Below, piece by piece: positions 9,100 to 18,951 of a stretch of 37,003 bases of DNA (its first letter is position 1; every line of letters begins with the position of its first letter). Under the pieces are notes generated by a model. The model was not told where the DNA came from. It saw only the letters and a list, made by a program, of their open reading frames with translations, and made no database searches. Source of the DNA: a virus (taxonomy: Duplodnaviria; Caudoviricetes); the IMG/VR virus record IMGVR_UViG_3300025888_000020, positions 1 to 37,003 of that record; one strand, 5' to 3'. Made by a program: the position numbers and the translations under genes.

Positions 9100-10467
9100 T
9101 TACGCGTTTACGTTAACAGTCATGTACAATTTCTCCATGCTGTCAACAGGTTGGATAGCGAGATCGACGACAACGGCTTCGAGCTCTTCGCCCGGCAGTA
9201 TCGTAATGTCAGAGGATCCGCCAAAGTTCTGAATAGCACCGGCCTCTTGCAACTTGTCGAAGAATGAAATCATCTCCGCTTTGTATGTGTTGCGACCGAT
9301 AGCGTTATTGTCAATCTTGCCCAGATAATTCCGAGCGAAGATTAATGACGTGTTGTTCGAAATGGAATCCAAACAACGAATAACGCGATTCTTCGAGAAC
9401 GCTACATCCTTGTCAGGTGTAAACGTATGAAGAGAATTGATGTCCTGCTCTACGCAGACTGCGCCGTCCTGTCTGTAACTGAGAACGAAATGACCGAGAG
9501 CAAGCTGATCGGCGATCGCATCTTCAGCGATAGGATTCGTAATCTCGTATGCTTCAGGAATAACACGCGCCGTGTTGCTGACGTTGATAGCAGAGCCTGC
9601 TGTAATACTGGCTACCCAGATCGGAAACAGTGCGAGTGTCACAGTGTCATCAGGAGTCTTGAAACCCTGTTTGACAGAAATAATACCCTCTGTGTCAGCT
9701 GTGTTGTAATCGTATACAACAGCCTGAACCTTTTTGCCGCGATTCTGACGAAGCGTAGCAATCTTCGCTGCGATGAGCGGAGGAACAGCAGCGTCAACAC
9801 TCTCGACAGCCATACACTGCCAAATCTCTGTGTCAACAAGAGCAAGGTAAGGAGTATACGAAGCTGTGCTGACAGTTCCGTTTGTGCCACCCTGAAGTGT
9901 TACTCCGGCAAGTGCAGGAATAACAGTAGAGGCAGGAGTACCGGCAACGACGAAATCCGCCCACTCAGATTCGATATCTGAGAAGTCTGCCATTGCGGAA
10001 ACCGTAAAGGCTTCCTTGAGTTTGGAGTCGACATACACCTGAACTTCATGCAGTCCGGCAGTAGGCTTATCCGCTACAATTGCTACCGTAATTGTGTTTC
10101 CGGTAGTGCCTGTATATTTAGCGACGGCGGTAAGTGAGTCGGCTAACAGTACGCCTGTAGCCTTTACGCCACCCATGTCCGTTCTAAACAAAAGAGCCTT
10201 GCTGCATCCGCTTAATGCGAGACGGAAAGGAAGAGAAGCGGAGATGTCTGAAATAGTGCAACCCACTTTAGCCTGACTCTTACCATTGGTAAGTTCCTCG
10301 TTCAAGAGAGAAATCAGTCTATCTGTAGGACCCCAAGTCATCGGAAACGCAGCAGTTATAATACCTCTGTCTCCTGTGATGCCTGTGGGTTTAGGTACGG
10401 ACGCGAAGTTGATATATGCGCCCGGACGACGTTTGTTCTGAGCGGTCCAAGTTCCACCTGCTGGCAT
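9100..10467 (-). CDS. xkdK: Tail sheath protein, XkdK-like
   Basis: GGTWTAQNKRRPGAYINF, EQDINSL, FSKNRVIRCLD, QPVDSMEKLYMTV. Confidence 0.95.
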   Translation of the reverse strand: MPAGGTWTAQNKRRPGAYINFASVPKPTGITGDRGIITAAFPMTWGPTDRLISLLNEELTNGKSQAKVGCTISDISASLPFRLALSGCSKALLFRTDMGGVKATGVLLADSLTAVAKYTGTTGNTITVAIVADKPTAGLHEVQVYVDSKLKEAFTVSAMADFSDIESEWADFVVAGTPASTVIPALAGVTLQGGTNGTVSTASYTPYLALVDTEIWQCMAVESVDAAVPPLIAAKIATLRQNRGKKVQAVVYDYNTADTEGIISVKQGFKTPDDTVTLALFPIWVASITAGSAINVSNTARVIPEAYEITNPIAEDAIADQLALGHFVLSYRQDGAVCVEQDINSLHTFTPDKDVAFSKNRVIRCLDSISNNTSLIFARNYLGKIDNNAIGRNTYKAEMISFFDKLQEAGAIQNFGGSSDITILPGEELEAVVVDLAIQPVDSMEKLYMTVNVNA

Positions 10468-10468
10468 A

Positions 10469-10915
10469 TTATTTCACCCTTTCTTTTATTTCTATTGTCC
10501 CCATGTCAGTCTGGACTGTAGGCACGACCCTGACTCGATACTGATACGTGACGAGTACTATTAATACATCGTCTTGTACATTCCATGTCAGCGTGCGTGA
10601 TTTCACTTGCTGACCAGAGACCGTTATTACGTTGATAGCATCTACCAACTTGAGTGCTATACCTCTTGCCCATGTCTGAACATCGTTGCAAGTGGCGAGC
10701 GGATGAACACGAATCGCTAACATGTAGTCCTGTAGGGCCGATCCACGCATTTGATTCGTGTGTTCTGTATTTATAGGATGCAGGAAAACATACGGCTTTA
10801 CAACACCCTGACGGGGTTTATCTTGATAAATTGCAGCAATCTGTACCGTAGTAAATGCGGCACGGATTTTGGTGACTAAGCTGTTGATTACTTCTTCCCC
10901 TGTTAATGCTGCCAT
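10469..10915 (-). CDS. Tail terminator / tail completion protein
   Basis: IYQDKPRQGVVKPYVF motif; immediately before the sheath gene. Confidence 0.7.
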   Translation of the reverse strand: MAALTGEEVINSLVTKIRAAFTTVQIAAIYQDKPRQGVVKPYVFLHPINTEHTNQMRGSALQDYMLAIRVHPLATCNDVQTWARGIALKLVDAINVITVSGQQVKSRTLTWNVQDDVLIVLVTYQYRVRVVPTVQTDMGTIEIKERVK

Positions 10916-11334
10916 TACAATGTCCCCAATGTCATTAAGAATTTTCGAAGTTCTGTGTTGAATTGAGCGGGCATCTTACGATATACTGCATCTAGTGCTA
11001 CTGTCATCATAAAATATCCGTCTACCCAATCGTCACTTCCCTCTTTTGCACCTGACCGATAAGGTTTGGCGTGTCCGTACTCTACAAAATCTGCATAGTA
11101 CATCGGATTGGAAAACCAACAATACAATTCATCTCCGCGTCTTGTTACAGTTTCGAGAGTCCATGCACCCCTTAGGCTACCTGTGTCGACAGGAGTTCTG
11201 CGCTTGACATCCGCTATAAAGCGCATGCCCTCATTCATTAAGAAATAAAAAATCCATCGATCAAAGTCAAAATACATCTTCTTAAAATTGTTGGTGTAAT
11301 TTACAAGACCCTTGTAATCGAATGAACTTCCCAT
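10915..11334 (-). CDS. HK97 gp10-like neck protein
   Basis: RTPVDTGSLRGAW and NPMYYADFVEYGH. Confidence 0.9.
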   Translation of the reverse strand: MGSSFDYKGLVNYTNNFKKMYFDFDRWIFYFLMNEGMRFIADVKRRTPVDTGSLRGAWTLETVTRRGDELYCWFSNPMYYADFVEYGHAKPYRSGAKEGSDDWVDGYFMMTVALDAVYRKMPAQFNTELRKFLMTLGTL

Positions 11335-11723
11335 TACGCACTTCCTTGGACTACAAATAGTACCTCTTGGTGTGTGACATACTTAGCAGGTAATCCTATT
11401 TGACCCTCGTATACTGCTAAGACATCTCCGGCGTCCGTCTTACGTGTAACTATAACATAATCACCTACAAGAAGTACAGCCGATGCCTTAAAAAACAGCT
11501 TAGGAGTTGTCATGACAGGAGTTGAATCTACTGCTGCGTCTTTCGGACTTTCTTCGCTGATAAAAGATATCCGACAAGGCGCGTTCGCTATTGTCGGAGT
11601 GCTTGGTAGTGTAGTGTTGGTAGAACCATTTGTAGCAGACGCGTGAGCATATCTAAATACATTCATTGTGTCTGTCATCATCGATTCCAAGATAGTAGAA
11701 AAGCCGCCTAACTTCATTACCAT
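11334..11723 (-). CDS. Head closure / head-tail joining protein
   Basis: PCRISF, KLFF...GDYVIV, YVTHQEV; synteny. Confidence 0.7.
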   Translation of the reverse strand: MVMKLGGFSTILESMMTDTMNVFRYAHASATNGSTNTTLPSTPTIANAPCRISFISEESPKDAAVDSTPVMTTPKLFFKASAVLLVGDYVIVTRKTDAGDVLAVYEGQIGLPAKYVTHQEVLFVVQGSA

Positions 11724-12115
11724 ATCCTCCGATATAAATTCAACTGCGCACGAAAATTCGTAACAATATCATCTAAGTTGGACTGGTGGCTTTGCAGTAC
11801 GCGACTTCTTTGATTGCTGCGAGACTTGTCTCCCAGTGAGATTGTTGTGTCGCCCATTTTTATAGTAGACACGTCACTGGCGTCAAAAGCATCTAGAACA
11901 TCGTCAGGTTTAGTTGCCATTTCATGATCAAAGGTAATTAGGTCCACAGCCATTCTGCACCAAACAAAATGAAGAGCATCCGGAACGGTAGCTACTGCAC
12001 AGTAGTTTTTGATGGACTGCTCCACTTCCGCTAAGGCATCTACAACGATATCTTCAGTGGTTGTGAAAGTAGTTATCTTCTTCTGTACAAATGCTACACG
12101 TTCCGACTGCTCCAT
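11717..12115 (-). CDS. Head-tail connector (adaptor) protein
   Basis: IKNYC...VPDALHFVWCRMAVDL, VSTIKMGDTTI, QLNLYRRI. Confidence 0.8.
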   Translation of the reverse strand: MEQSERVAFVQKKITTFTTTEDIVVDALAEVEQSIKNYCAVATVPDALHFVWCRMAVDLITFDHEMATKPDDVLDAFDASDVSTIKMGDTTISLGDKSRSNQRSRVLQSHQSNLDDIVTNFRAQLNLYRRIW

Positions 12116-12140
12116 GAACTGCTCCTTCCGAGATTAAGGC

Positions 12141-12518
12141 TTATACAGACTCTTCGATGAGAGCTATAATTTCTGCCTTTTTCTCTACTCCCTTAATATC
12201 GACACCCATTTCCTTTGCGAGGCTCTTTAACTCCACAACAGTCATCTTGGTGATGTCTGCTACGGGTTCAACAGGAACTTTCTCTTCCTGTTTGGCAGGT
12301 CCTTCTTCTGATTCTTCAGAAGTGTTCCCCTGTTCAACCAGAGGTGCTTCCAATGGCGCAGGTACTGCAATCGATTCAACTATTGTAGCATCCTCGATTA
12401 CAATTGCCCCACTCTGTTTAAGAGAAGCAAGATCTTCATCTGCTGCTACGAAGACAGTGTGTGCGGGGTACTTGACTCCGTTGTATTTCACCTCGGTCAC
12501 GAATTTAACCTTTGCCAT
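12141..12518 (-). CDS. Head-associated protein with C-terminal Rho-N/HeH-like motif
   Basis: VKYNGVKY N-terminus; KMTVVELKSLAKEMGV...KKAEII C-terminus; follows the capsid gene. Confidence 0.6.
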   Translation of the reverse strand: MAKVKFVTEVKYNGVKYPAHTVFVAADEDLASLKQSGAIVIEDATIVESIAVPAPLEAPLVEQGNTSEESEEGPAKQEEKVPVEPVADITKMTVVELKSLAKEMGVDIKGVEKKAEIIALIEESV

Positions 12519-12533
12519 TGTATCTTCCTCCTA

Positions 12534-13622
12534 TTAGTCCGCTACGTATACAAGATTGTATACGCGGTCCATATTCTCGAAAGACGGCAGAACGATTTCC
12601 GATACCCAGTTGATGACGTTAACAGGAAGTGCAATTTTCTCCGTAGAGACTGCAACACCTGTATTGACAATGCGTACATCAGCAAGAGTATTACCGGACA
12701 TAAGATCTGCTTCCTCAGGAGTAGTGCCGTACCAGGTCTTGCCGAGATTGCCGGTGGGGAACAGAGAACAATATCCGCGTGTCGGATAGAAGTACTGTTC
12801 CGCGTCGTCAAGGTCTTTGTACATCTTGTCATATACCTGAAACTTAATTCCGGTAAGGGACTCGAAGTATGTCTTGATCTGGTCGTCTGTGACGATAACA
12901 TTGGCAGCCTGTGCAGCCATGGGATACATACCGAGTTTGATCTTCGTGTTGGACACGATGTCAAGCCAGGTATTATAGCCGATAACACCACGAGTGAGCG
13001 TAATGCCCTTCTGCTTTGCCTTGCGCTTCATGTCCAGGATGTCTGCAACAGGGTTACTGTTTGCATGATCGGACCAGCGTGTGGTCGTAAGCAGTGTGGT
13101 CTTGTTGGCCGCAGCCCATTTTCCGGAAGGGTCATAATTGTAGTCGTAAGACACGACAATACCCTTTTCCTGAGGAGAAGCGATTGTGAATGCGCCATTG
13201 GTCATGAGTTTGAATCTCATAATCTCCGGAGTAATCATTGCGCTGTCGATCAGGCCCTTGGTGTCGTCGAAAATCCTCGTGATGGCCTCTCTGGCGTAAG
13301 CGTTCGAGTTTGCCTCCATGAACATCAGAAGATTCTGCCTGTCCTGCTCGCCCAATCTCATTGCTTCACGGAAGAAAGGCATCTTGGTGCTTTCCATGCT
13401 GACTCCGCCTCTGTCACGCAGCGTAGGCTTCGTGTCAAATGCAGACGGCATGAGAGCAACAGGAAGTGAGTCATAACCCTTGATCCATTCGAGCTTCAGT
13501 CCCATTTTCTTTTCAGCTGGGAACAGAGCTTCTCCCAAGAGCGGGATTCTGTTGGATTCGATCTCTGTGTAGTACGCACTCAGCGCCTGCGCATTAACCA
13601 TGTCAAAAATTGATTTGGCCAT
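12534..13622 (-). CDS. Major capsid protein (capsid E family)
   Basis: LGEALFP, MPFFRE, LGKTWYGTTPEE, VSEIVLPSFE. Confidence 0.9.
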   Translation of the reverse strand: MAKSIFDMVNAQALSAYYTEIESNRIPLLGEALFPAEKKMGLKLEWIKGYDSLPVALMPSAFDTKPTLRDRGGVSMESTKMPFFREAMRLGEQDRQNLLMFMEANSNAYAREAITRIFDDTKGLIDSAMITPEIMRFKLMTNGAFTIASPQEKGIVVSYDYNYDPSGKWAAANKTTLLTTTRWSDHANSNPVADILDMKRKAKQKGITLTRGVIGYNTWLDIVSNTKIKLGMYPMAAQAANVIVTDDQIKTYFESLTGIKFQVYDKMYKDLDDAEQYFYPTRGYCSLFPTGNLGKTWYGTTPEEADLMSGNTLADVRIVNTGVAVSTEKIALPVNVINWVSEIVLPSFENMDRVYNLVYVAD

Positions 13623-13643
13623 TGTGTAACTCTCCCCTCTCTC

Positions 13644-14300
13644 TTATGCTACTGTAGCAACGGTAGCAGCAGCGGTAGGTGCAACTCCGAGCGACATGAC
13701 AGACGCGGCAGGAATAGCAGTAGTGCTACCAGCAACGGCTGTGGCGGATAATGTGATGGTAAGGTCAGCTTCTGTTCCGTCGTCCGAAATGACGATGGCA
13801 GTGACAGCAGCCTTATTGGTAGCCTGGCCTACGAAAGTCCAGTTACTCAATGTAGCAGCTTCCGGTCTAAATTTAGACCCGACAGCCTTTACGATTGTGT
13901 GATAGACCAAACCAGACGCGGCTCCAATTGCAATAGCTGCGACAGCCAGTGCAGAAATGGTAGCTGTAGTGGCGAACAGCGGAAGGAAGAATATTCCCTT
14001 GAGAGCGGCAACGGCTGTAGAAGCCGGCACTACGGGCATCTTGGCGGTACTGATAAATCCGTGAATGATGACAGCACCATTCTGATCTCCGTCAGTTACG
14101 TCCAAGTCGCTAAAAATGACACCAATTGCGGTTCCATCGTTAGCAGGGAAAATGGTTCCTGCCTTGATAATCTTTCGGCCTTCAATGACGACGGCGAGAG
14201 AATGGTCTTTGGCAAAAGCCTGGGGCATTGCTACATAGTGATCCGGGAAAGCAAGAATGCCTTTCGAAGTAGCGTAACTCTGTGTGTTGTGTTCGATCAT
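13644..14300 (-). CDS. Head decoration protein with beta-rich C-terminal extension
   Basis: GRKIIKAGTIFPAND...DVTDGD...GAVIIHGFI; between scaffold and capsid genes. Confidence 0.7.
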   Translation of the reverse strand: MIEHNTQSYATSKGILAFPDHYVAMPQAFAKDHSLAVVIEGRKIIKAGTIFPANDGTAIGVIFSDLDVTDGDQNGAVIIHGFISTAKMPVVPASTAVAALKGIFFLPLFATTATISALAVAAIAIGAASGLVYHTIVKAVGSKFRPEAATLSNWTFVGQATNKAAVTAIVISDDGTEADLTITLSATAVAGSTTAIPAASVMSLGVAPTAAATVATVA

Positions 14301-14327
14301 TTGTGATTACCTCCTCTTTTATTCTTT

Positions 14328-14969
14328 TTACTTGAAATAGTTATCGACAGCCTTCACAGCAGACGCAGCAGACGTTGCTCTGTCTTTAGCAAGCTGTGTG
14401 CCAAACGATTCAGCACTGTCAGGATTTTTGTCCTTGGCGTCAGCACCTGAAGGAGGAGTTTTTCCAAACAACCATCCAGGGGGAGTGCCATTGTCCGTCT
14501 TGTCCGCAATGAAGTAATGCGGCTTGGCGACTTTGAGAGGATCTAAGATTTCTGTCAATCCGGATACGACCTTACCATCCTTGACAACAATTTTAGTAGC
14601 GTCGATTCTGGAAATAACATCATCGGGGTCATAAACCTTTCCAACAAGTTCAGCGCGGATTGCACTGTCTGTCTGTACCTTAGCAAGATCGGCATTAAAT
14701 TTGTCTGCGGCGATCTTGTTGTCGGCTTCCAACTTAGTTACCTTGGTTTGCAGGTCCTCAGCTGTTCCTTTGAATTTCCCCAGATCCGAAATCTGTGTAT
14801 CGCGTGCAGCAATGTCTGCTTTCAAGGTCTTTACCGTTTCACGTTCCGTGTCGAACGTAGCCTTCGGTACATAGTTCCCGTCCAGTGATGTCTTGTGTTC
14901 CGCGAGTACAAATGTGATCTGTTCGTCGGTCAACCCTTTTGCTTTCAAGTCCTCTTTTGTTAGTGCCAT
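14328..14969 (-). CDS. Capsid scaffolding protein (Phage GP20-like)
   Basis: KGLTDEQI, YVPKATFD, coiled-coil middle, KPHYF; upstream of the decoration and capsid genes. Confidence 0.8.
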   Translation of the reverse strand: MALTKEDLKAKGLTDEQITFVLAEHKTSLDGNYVPKATFDTERETVKTLKADIAARDTQISDLGKFKGTAEDLQTKVTKLEADNKIAADKFNADLAKVQTDSAIRAELVGKVYDPDDVISRIDATKIVVKDGKVVSGLTEILDPLKVAKPHYFIADKTDNGTPPGWLFGKTPPSGADAKDKNPDSAESFGTQLAKDRATSAASAVKAVDNYFK

Positions 14970-14988
14970 GATAATTCTCCTCTCAATT

Positions 14989-15028
14989 CGCCTTGTTACG
15001 GGAGTCGGCGTGCCTTATAGGCTCTCCC
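14989..15028 (-). promoter_or_regulatory. Structured 5' leader of the scaffold gene
   Basis: Minus strand GGGAG-A-GCC-TATAA-GGC-A-CGCC-GA-CTCCC-GTAACAA-GGCG: three short complementary pairs just before the RBS. Confidence 0.4.
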
Positions 15029-15067
15029 TGATTGATTAGACATCTTTCGATGTCTCGGTATAGATAC

Positions 15068-15096
15068 AGTATAGTATATCTAAAAATGTTTGTAAA
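15068..15096 (-). promoter_or_regulatory. Sigma-A-like promoter for scaffold/capsid genes
   Basis: TTTACA-N17-TATACT on the minus strand in the gp7-scaffold gap. Confidence 0.6.
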
Positions 15097-15108
15097 GAAG
15101 ATACTCTG

Positions 15109-16239
15109 CTATTCTGGTGGATTTCCGTACTTCTTTTTGAATTTAAGTAAATCAGCTCTCTGTGCCTCTGGTACATACGTATTTATCCAATCCTCTTGTG
15201 ACATCCTACGAGGTACTCGGATATTGCTTCCTTGTTCGTCTCTTGCTATTCTTTCCTCGGGAGGAGTAGATTTATCTTCCTCGAAGAAAGGAACAGTGGT
15301 AGATCTGCAATTAGGGTGCATGGGAGGATAATTAACGTCGACAACTGCTTGAGACACAAGGCCTATAAACTGATCCAGGCTTCTGCATATATCAGAGGTT
15401 CGCATGTCCAGTGTAGCAAGAAACTGATACTTCCTAATTCCGATTGCCTTGTACATGTCGAGAGAAGCCTGATTGCACATGCGATTAATTTCGGTGCGTG
15501 CCAGCGTGCGTCCTGCGTTCCTCGAAACATTCAATTCCTTAGCAAGTAAGTCACCTAACGTGTCTCCGTTGAAGCCCTGTGAAAAGGACCGAGGAAGAAT
15601 ACGTGTGAGAGTATCAACCAGCTTCGCCTTGTCCTGCCATATGCGATCACTGAAGTTCTTTCCATTCCATCTAGTCTTTATAGCAGCCTCCACGTTACGC
15701 GCTTCCAGTACCTCCAGCGGAGCAGCAGATTCCATTCCTATATAAGTAGTGTAATAAGAAGTATAGTAGGCGTAGATATAATTCTGCTGCATTACAGGAA
15801 CAAAATCATCGTGCTGCTTCTGTTTCATTGTCTCAATCTCATATCGAATACTGGATTCTAAATACTCGAGTCTTGTGATGTATTTCTGTTCGCCTAATGC
15901 TTGCAGGAACTTCTTGTATTCCGCAGATAAGCCGAGATCCATAGCTGCTTTATACCATTCGCGTAGCATCACATTCAGATCCTTGCGTTCCGTGTCCGTG
16001 AGACGTTTGCGCACACTGGCATACGGAATCTTCTTGACATACGAAGGCTTTGTTTCATCCGCACTGGGAATCTCTATGTCCTCTGTGTACTTCGCAAAGA
16101 ATACATTTATACTTTTCTTAATGTTAATGAGAGCAACAGAGTACGCCTGTAGTAAAAGCTCTTCGTACGCCAGAACGGAATACTCAGAGCTTACTATACG
16201 GGATATGGATGTCTGCTGCCAATAAGATAAATCTTTCAT
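15109..16239 (-). CDS. Minor head protein, SPP1 gp7 / Mu F family
   Basis: WNGKNFSDRIW, LARTE, ATLDMRTSDICRSLD, PPMHPNCRST. Confidence 0.92.
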   Translation of the reverse strand: MKDLSYWQQTSISRIVSSEYSVLAYEELLLQAYSVALINIKKSINVFFAKYTEDIEIPSADETKPSYVKKIPYASVRKRLTDTERKDLNVMLREWYKAAMDLGLSAEYKKFLQALGEQKYITRLEYLESSIRYEIETMKQKQHDDFVPVMQQNYIYAYYTSYYTTYIGMESAAPLEVLEARNVEAAIKTRWNGKNFSDRIWQDKAKLVDTLTRILPRSFSQGFNGDTLGDLLAKELNVSRNAGRTLARTEINRMCNQASLDMYKAIGIRKYQFLATLDMRTSDICRSLDQFIGLVSQAVVDVNYPPMHPNCRSTTVPFFEEDKSTPPEERIARDEQGSNIRVPRRMSQEDWINTYVPEAQRADLLKFKKKYGNPPE

Positions 16240-16248
16240 GGCTTCTCC

Positions 16249-17793
16249 TTACTTAGTAGACTTTTTAGCCTGCTGCCCTGTGGCGGGCGAAGAGGGTGTT
16301 TTTGTTCCGTATTCACTTTCCAGATCAAGTACATCACCCTGTTCGGTGAGCATCTGTGCTTGTTCCTTTGCAGCATTCGTAACCCAAGGATGATTCTCTG
16401 CAATTGTCTTACCGGATATAATACCGTTGCTTGTGAAGCAGTTGGTTATAGTTTCTGTCTCATTTATGATAATGTCCGTGTTGAACATTACATCATATTT
16501 GACATCCTGGAAATCGCCCTTACCTTTGGCGATAAGATCCTGCTGTATGAACCATGTCATAAGCATAATGGACCACTCTGTTTCATTGCCCCAGTCAATG
16601 CAGTCCATGTCCAAGTCAGCATACATGAAACGTAGTGCTACACCGGAAGTATCTCTAATATCTTTATCCGCCGTGTTTACTCCCTGGCCGAATTCGTATA
16701 TGTCGACACGCAGTCTTTGAATGTGCGCATCTACTTCTGTAATGTTTAATTTAGTCTCAAGGGAAGAAGCATCTCCGTCGCCCTGTACGAATATGGTGCG
16801 GTACTGATTTTTGTTATGAACAAACTCTTCTTTAGAAGCTCCGTCATAGTTCTTAACAACGGTGATAGAATTCGGGAAATCATCAATGGCATTGGACACG
16901 CCGGATGTCTTTGAGTCGTAGTCATCGATGAGAGATTTAACACGCGTAAGAAGAGATCTTTCGTCTGGATCGTACTTGAAAGGAATAAAAGGAATCTTAA
17001 GCCAGTTGACGCCCTTGTCTGAAACAGGTATGCCGTCTGTAGGAAGTGTCTTGACATAGAAATTACAAGTGAGTGCTTCTGTTTCTGGGTTAACACTCAT
17101 CTTGCCGTCTTTGTCGTACTTATAATGGTATACTCCTTCGTGCGTGTAGTAGTCTACATACTTGTCAAGCTGCTTACCGCTGTCTTTATACACTTCAATC
17201 TGATAGCGCCTAATAACAGCGTCTAGTTCCGTATGATCGCAATCTGCCCATAAAGGAATAACTTCTTCGGGCTCGCAGCGTTTGAAACGCAAGCTACCTT
17301 GCTCATCGTAATAAACAAGCATCCAGCCGAGACCCTTAACGATAGCGTCACGACCGATGTTCTTTATTAAGCGGAAGAAGTCTTTATCGAAATAGTTGTT
17401 TTTAAGAAGATCGAAGAATTCATTGGCATGCGGGTCATCTTGTTTATTAGAGAATAGACCAAAAGGCTTGCCCAGCATGTATCCTATCTTCTGTCTTGTC
17501 AACTTCTTCATAAAGTTGTGCGCCAGTTTGTTGTTGGCGAGAAGCTGTGACTCTATAAGAATAGGATTGTTGTCTCCGTCCTTACCGATTACGCTGCGCT
17601 TGTTTCCAAGGATGTCATTCTCATTGCTGTAGTACTTCTGAGCAACGGCCATGAACTTATAAAAAGGACTAGCTTCATACTCTTTGATTACAGTAGAGAT
17701 AAAATCCATCTGAGGTTGACCTGAGTTGGAGGTGTCTGCTATCTGTCTGGATATGATCTGGGTCTCCGTTTCTCCAAACCAAAATGATGCCAT
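16249..17793 (-). CDS. Portal protein, SPP1 gp6-like
   Basis: NNKLAHNF, IPFIPF, KSLIDDYD, SGVALRFMYADLD, NHPWV. Confidence 0.92.
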   Translation of the reverse strand: MASFWFGETETQIISRQIADTSNSGQPQMDFISTVIKEYEASPFYKFMAVAQKYYSNENDILGNKRSVIGKDGDNNPILIESQLLANNKLAHNFMKKLTRQKIGYMLGKPFGLFSNKQDDPHANEFFDLLKNNYFDKDFFRLIKNIGRDAIVKGLGWMLVYYDEQGSLRFKRCEPEEVIPLWADCDHTELDAVIRRYQIEVYKDSGKQLDKYVDYYTHEGVYHYKYDKDGKMSVNPETEALTCNFYVKTLPTDGIPVSDKGVNWLKIPFIPFKYDPDERSLLTRVKSLIDDYDSKTSGVSNAIDDFPNSITVVKNYDGASKEEFVHNKNQYRTIFVQGDGDASSLETKLNITEVDAHIQRLRVDIYEFGQGVNTADKDIRDTSGVALRFMYADLDMDCIDWGNETEWSIMLMTWFIQQDLIAKGKGDFQDVKYDVMFNTDIIINETETITNCFTSNGIISGKTIAENHPWVTNAAKEQAQMLTEQGDVLDLESEYGTKTPSSPATGQQAKKSTK

Positions 17794-17814
17794 TGTCTAT
17801 CACCCTCGTCTTTC

Positions 17815-18297
17815 TTATTTCATAACTGCCATTACTACAGCCGCAAACACGCCAAGAATAGCCAAGATTGAAGAGATAGCCGCTATAATCTTAAACCCGT
17901 TATCCTTTGTTGCCCGTCCTGCCTGAGCACCGCCACGCTGACCGGTTATGTAGTCCGATAATGGTTGCAAAGCGGAGCGTATTTCCTGAATAGCACTTGC
18001 TAAGTCGTCACGAGTTGCATAGATGCCGTTATCTTTGAGTGATTGCTCTCGCATGATTTCGTTTCGTGCGTCCTTGTAAATCTGGGCTTCCCTTGCGAGT
18101 TCCAGAGCTTTTTCATCAGCGGTTTCTTTAATTTTTAGTGCCATAGCTCTTAATTCATTGCCCTCAGAATGGCGTTTATCCCTCTCGTCTTGTAACCTTA
18201 CCTCAATTGCTCGCATAGCTTCGTTGTGCAATGCGTAAGTGTCTACTGTCCAAACCCGGTCTGGGAATAAGGTAGGTGTTGTTTTACCCTTAGCCAT
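17815..18297 (-). CDS. Hypothetical coiled-coil protein with one C-terminal transmembrane helix
   Basis: IIAAISSILAILGVFAAVVMAVM C-terminus; AGGAGG RBS. Confidence 0.7.
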   Translation of the reverse strand: MAKGKTTPTLFPDRVWTVDTYALHNEAMRAIEVRLQDERDKRHSEGNELRAMALKIKETADEKALELAREAQIYKDARNEIMREQSLKDNGIYATRDDLASAIQEIRSALQPLSDYITGQRGGAQAGRATKDNGFKIIAAISSILAILGVFAAVVMAVMK

Positions 18298-18393
18298 GCT
18301 TTCAGCGCCTCCTGTGATTGCGATTACTCTATCTTTTTAATTATACATTACTGTTAAAGATTTTAATAGTGTATATATCGACAAATATAAAGA

Positions 18394-18459
18394 CTAAAAG
18401 GAAAAGTTGTTCATAGACAACTTCTCGGTAGCATAACGCATGCTATCCATTAGGTGGTT
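18394..18459 (-). pseudogene. Orphan duplicate of the last 21 codons of terL
   Basis: Reads NHLMDSMRYATEKLSMNNFSF-TAG versus the TerL end [24 protein letters not shown] (17/21 identical). Confidence 0.92.
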
Positions 18460-18940
18460 ACTTAGGCCATCTAGCCGCAGATGCTCTCTTGCATATCTCT
18501 TTTCTCATTAGTTTTTCACTTTCGGGCATAATTCTTCCTCTGATTGCGTCTCCTATTTTCTTATTACTTTCAGCAGAACGATTACGACTCTTTTCGCCTA
18601 TAATCTTTCTAGAGGCTTCGGAATGAACAAGTCCGTAATTTCCTTCTCCTCCTAAGGATGCATTGTATCCGATCTTATAAGAATTGTGGGCAAGAATTTC
18701 TTGACTTTCTAGCATGTTCAGTTTGAGTTTAACTTCGTCTTCTTCTCCTTGAACAGTATGAATAACATCAAATCTAAAATTAATGATTCCGTGCTTCCTT
18801 ATAGCAGCATGAATTTGCATAGGTGAATTATGCTCACTGTAATATATGTGCTCTTTATATCGTCTATCTAGATCAATCGTTTGTCCTATATACACTTTAT
18901 TGTTCAGTGTATTAGTGAGGCGATAAATATAGCCTTTCAT
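18458..18940 (-). CDS. GIY-YIG homing endonuclease with NUMOD3-like motifs
   Basis: GYIYRLTN...KVYIGQT, IRKHG, GYNASLGG, HSEASRKIIG; GGGAGG RBS. Confidence 0.9.
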   Translation of the reverse strand: MKGYIYRLTNTLNNKVYIGQTIDLDRRYKEHIYYSEHNSPMQIHAAIRKHGIINFRFDVIHTVQGEEDEVKLKLNMLESQEILAHNSYKIGYNASLGGEGNYGLVHSEASRKIIGEKSRNRSAESNKKIGDAIRGRIMPESEKLMRKEICKRASAARWPK

Positions 18941-18951
18941 GTCTACCTCCC

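Noticed and set aside
12459-13469. 336-aa plus-strand ORF and other antisense ORFs (5732-6424, 27435-28142 and similar)
   Set aside because: They are shadows of well-supported genes on the opposite strand, with no recognisable motifs.
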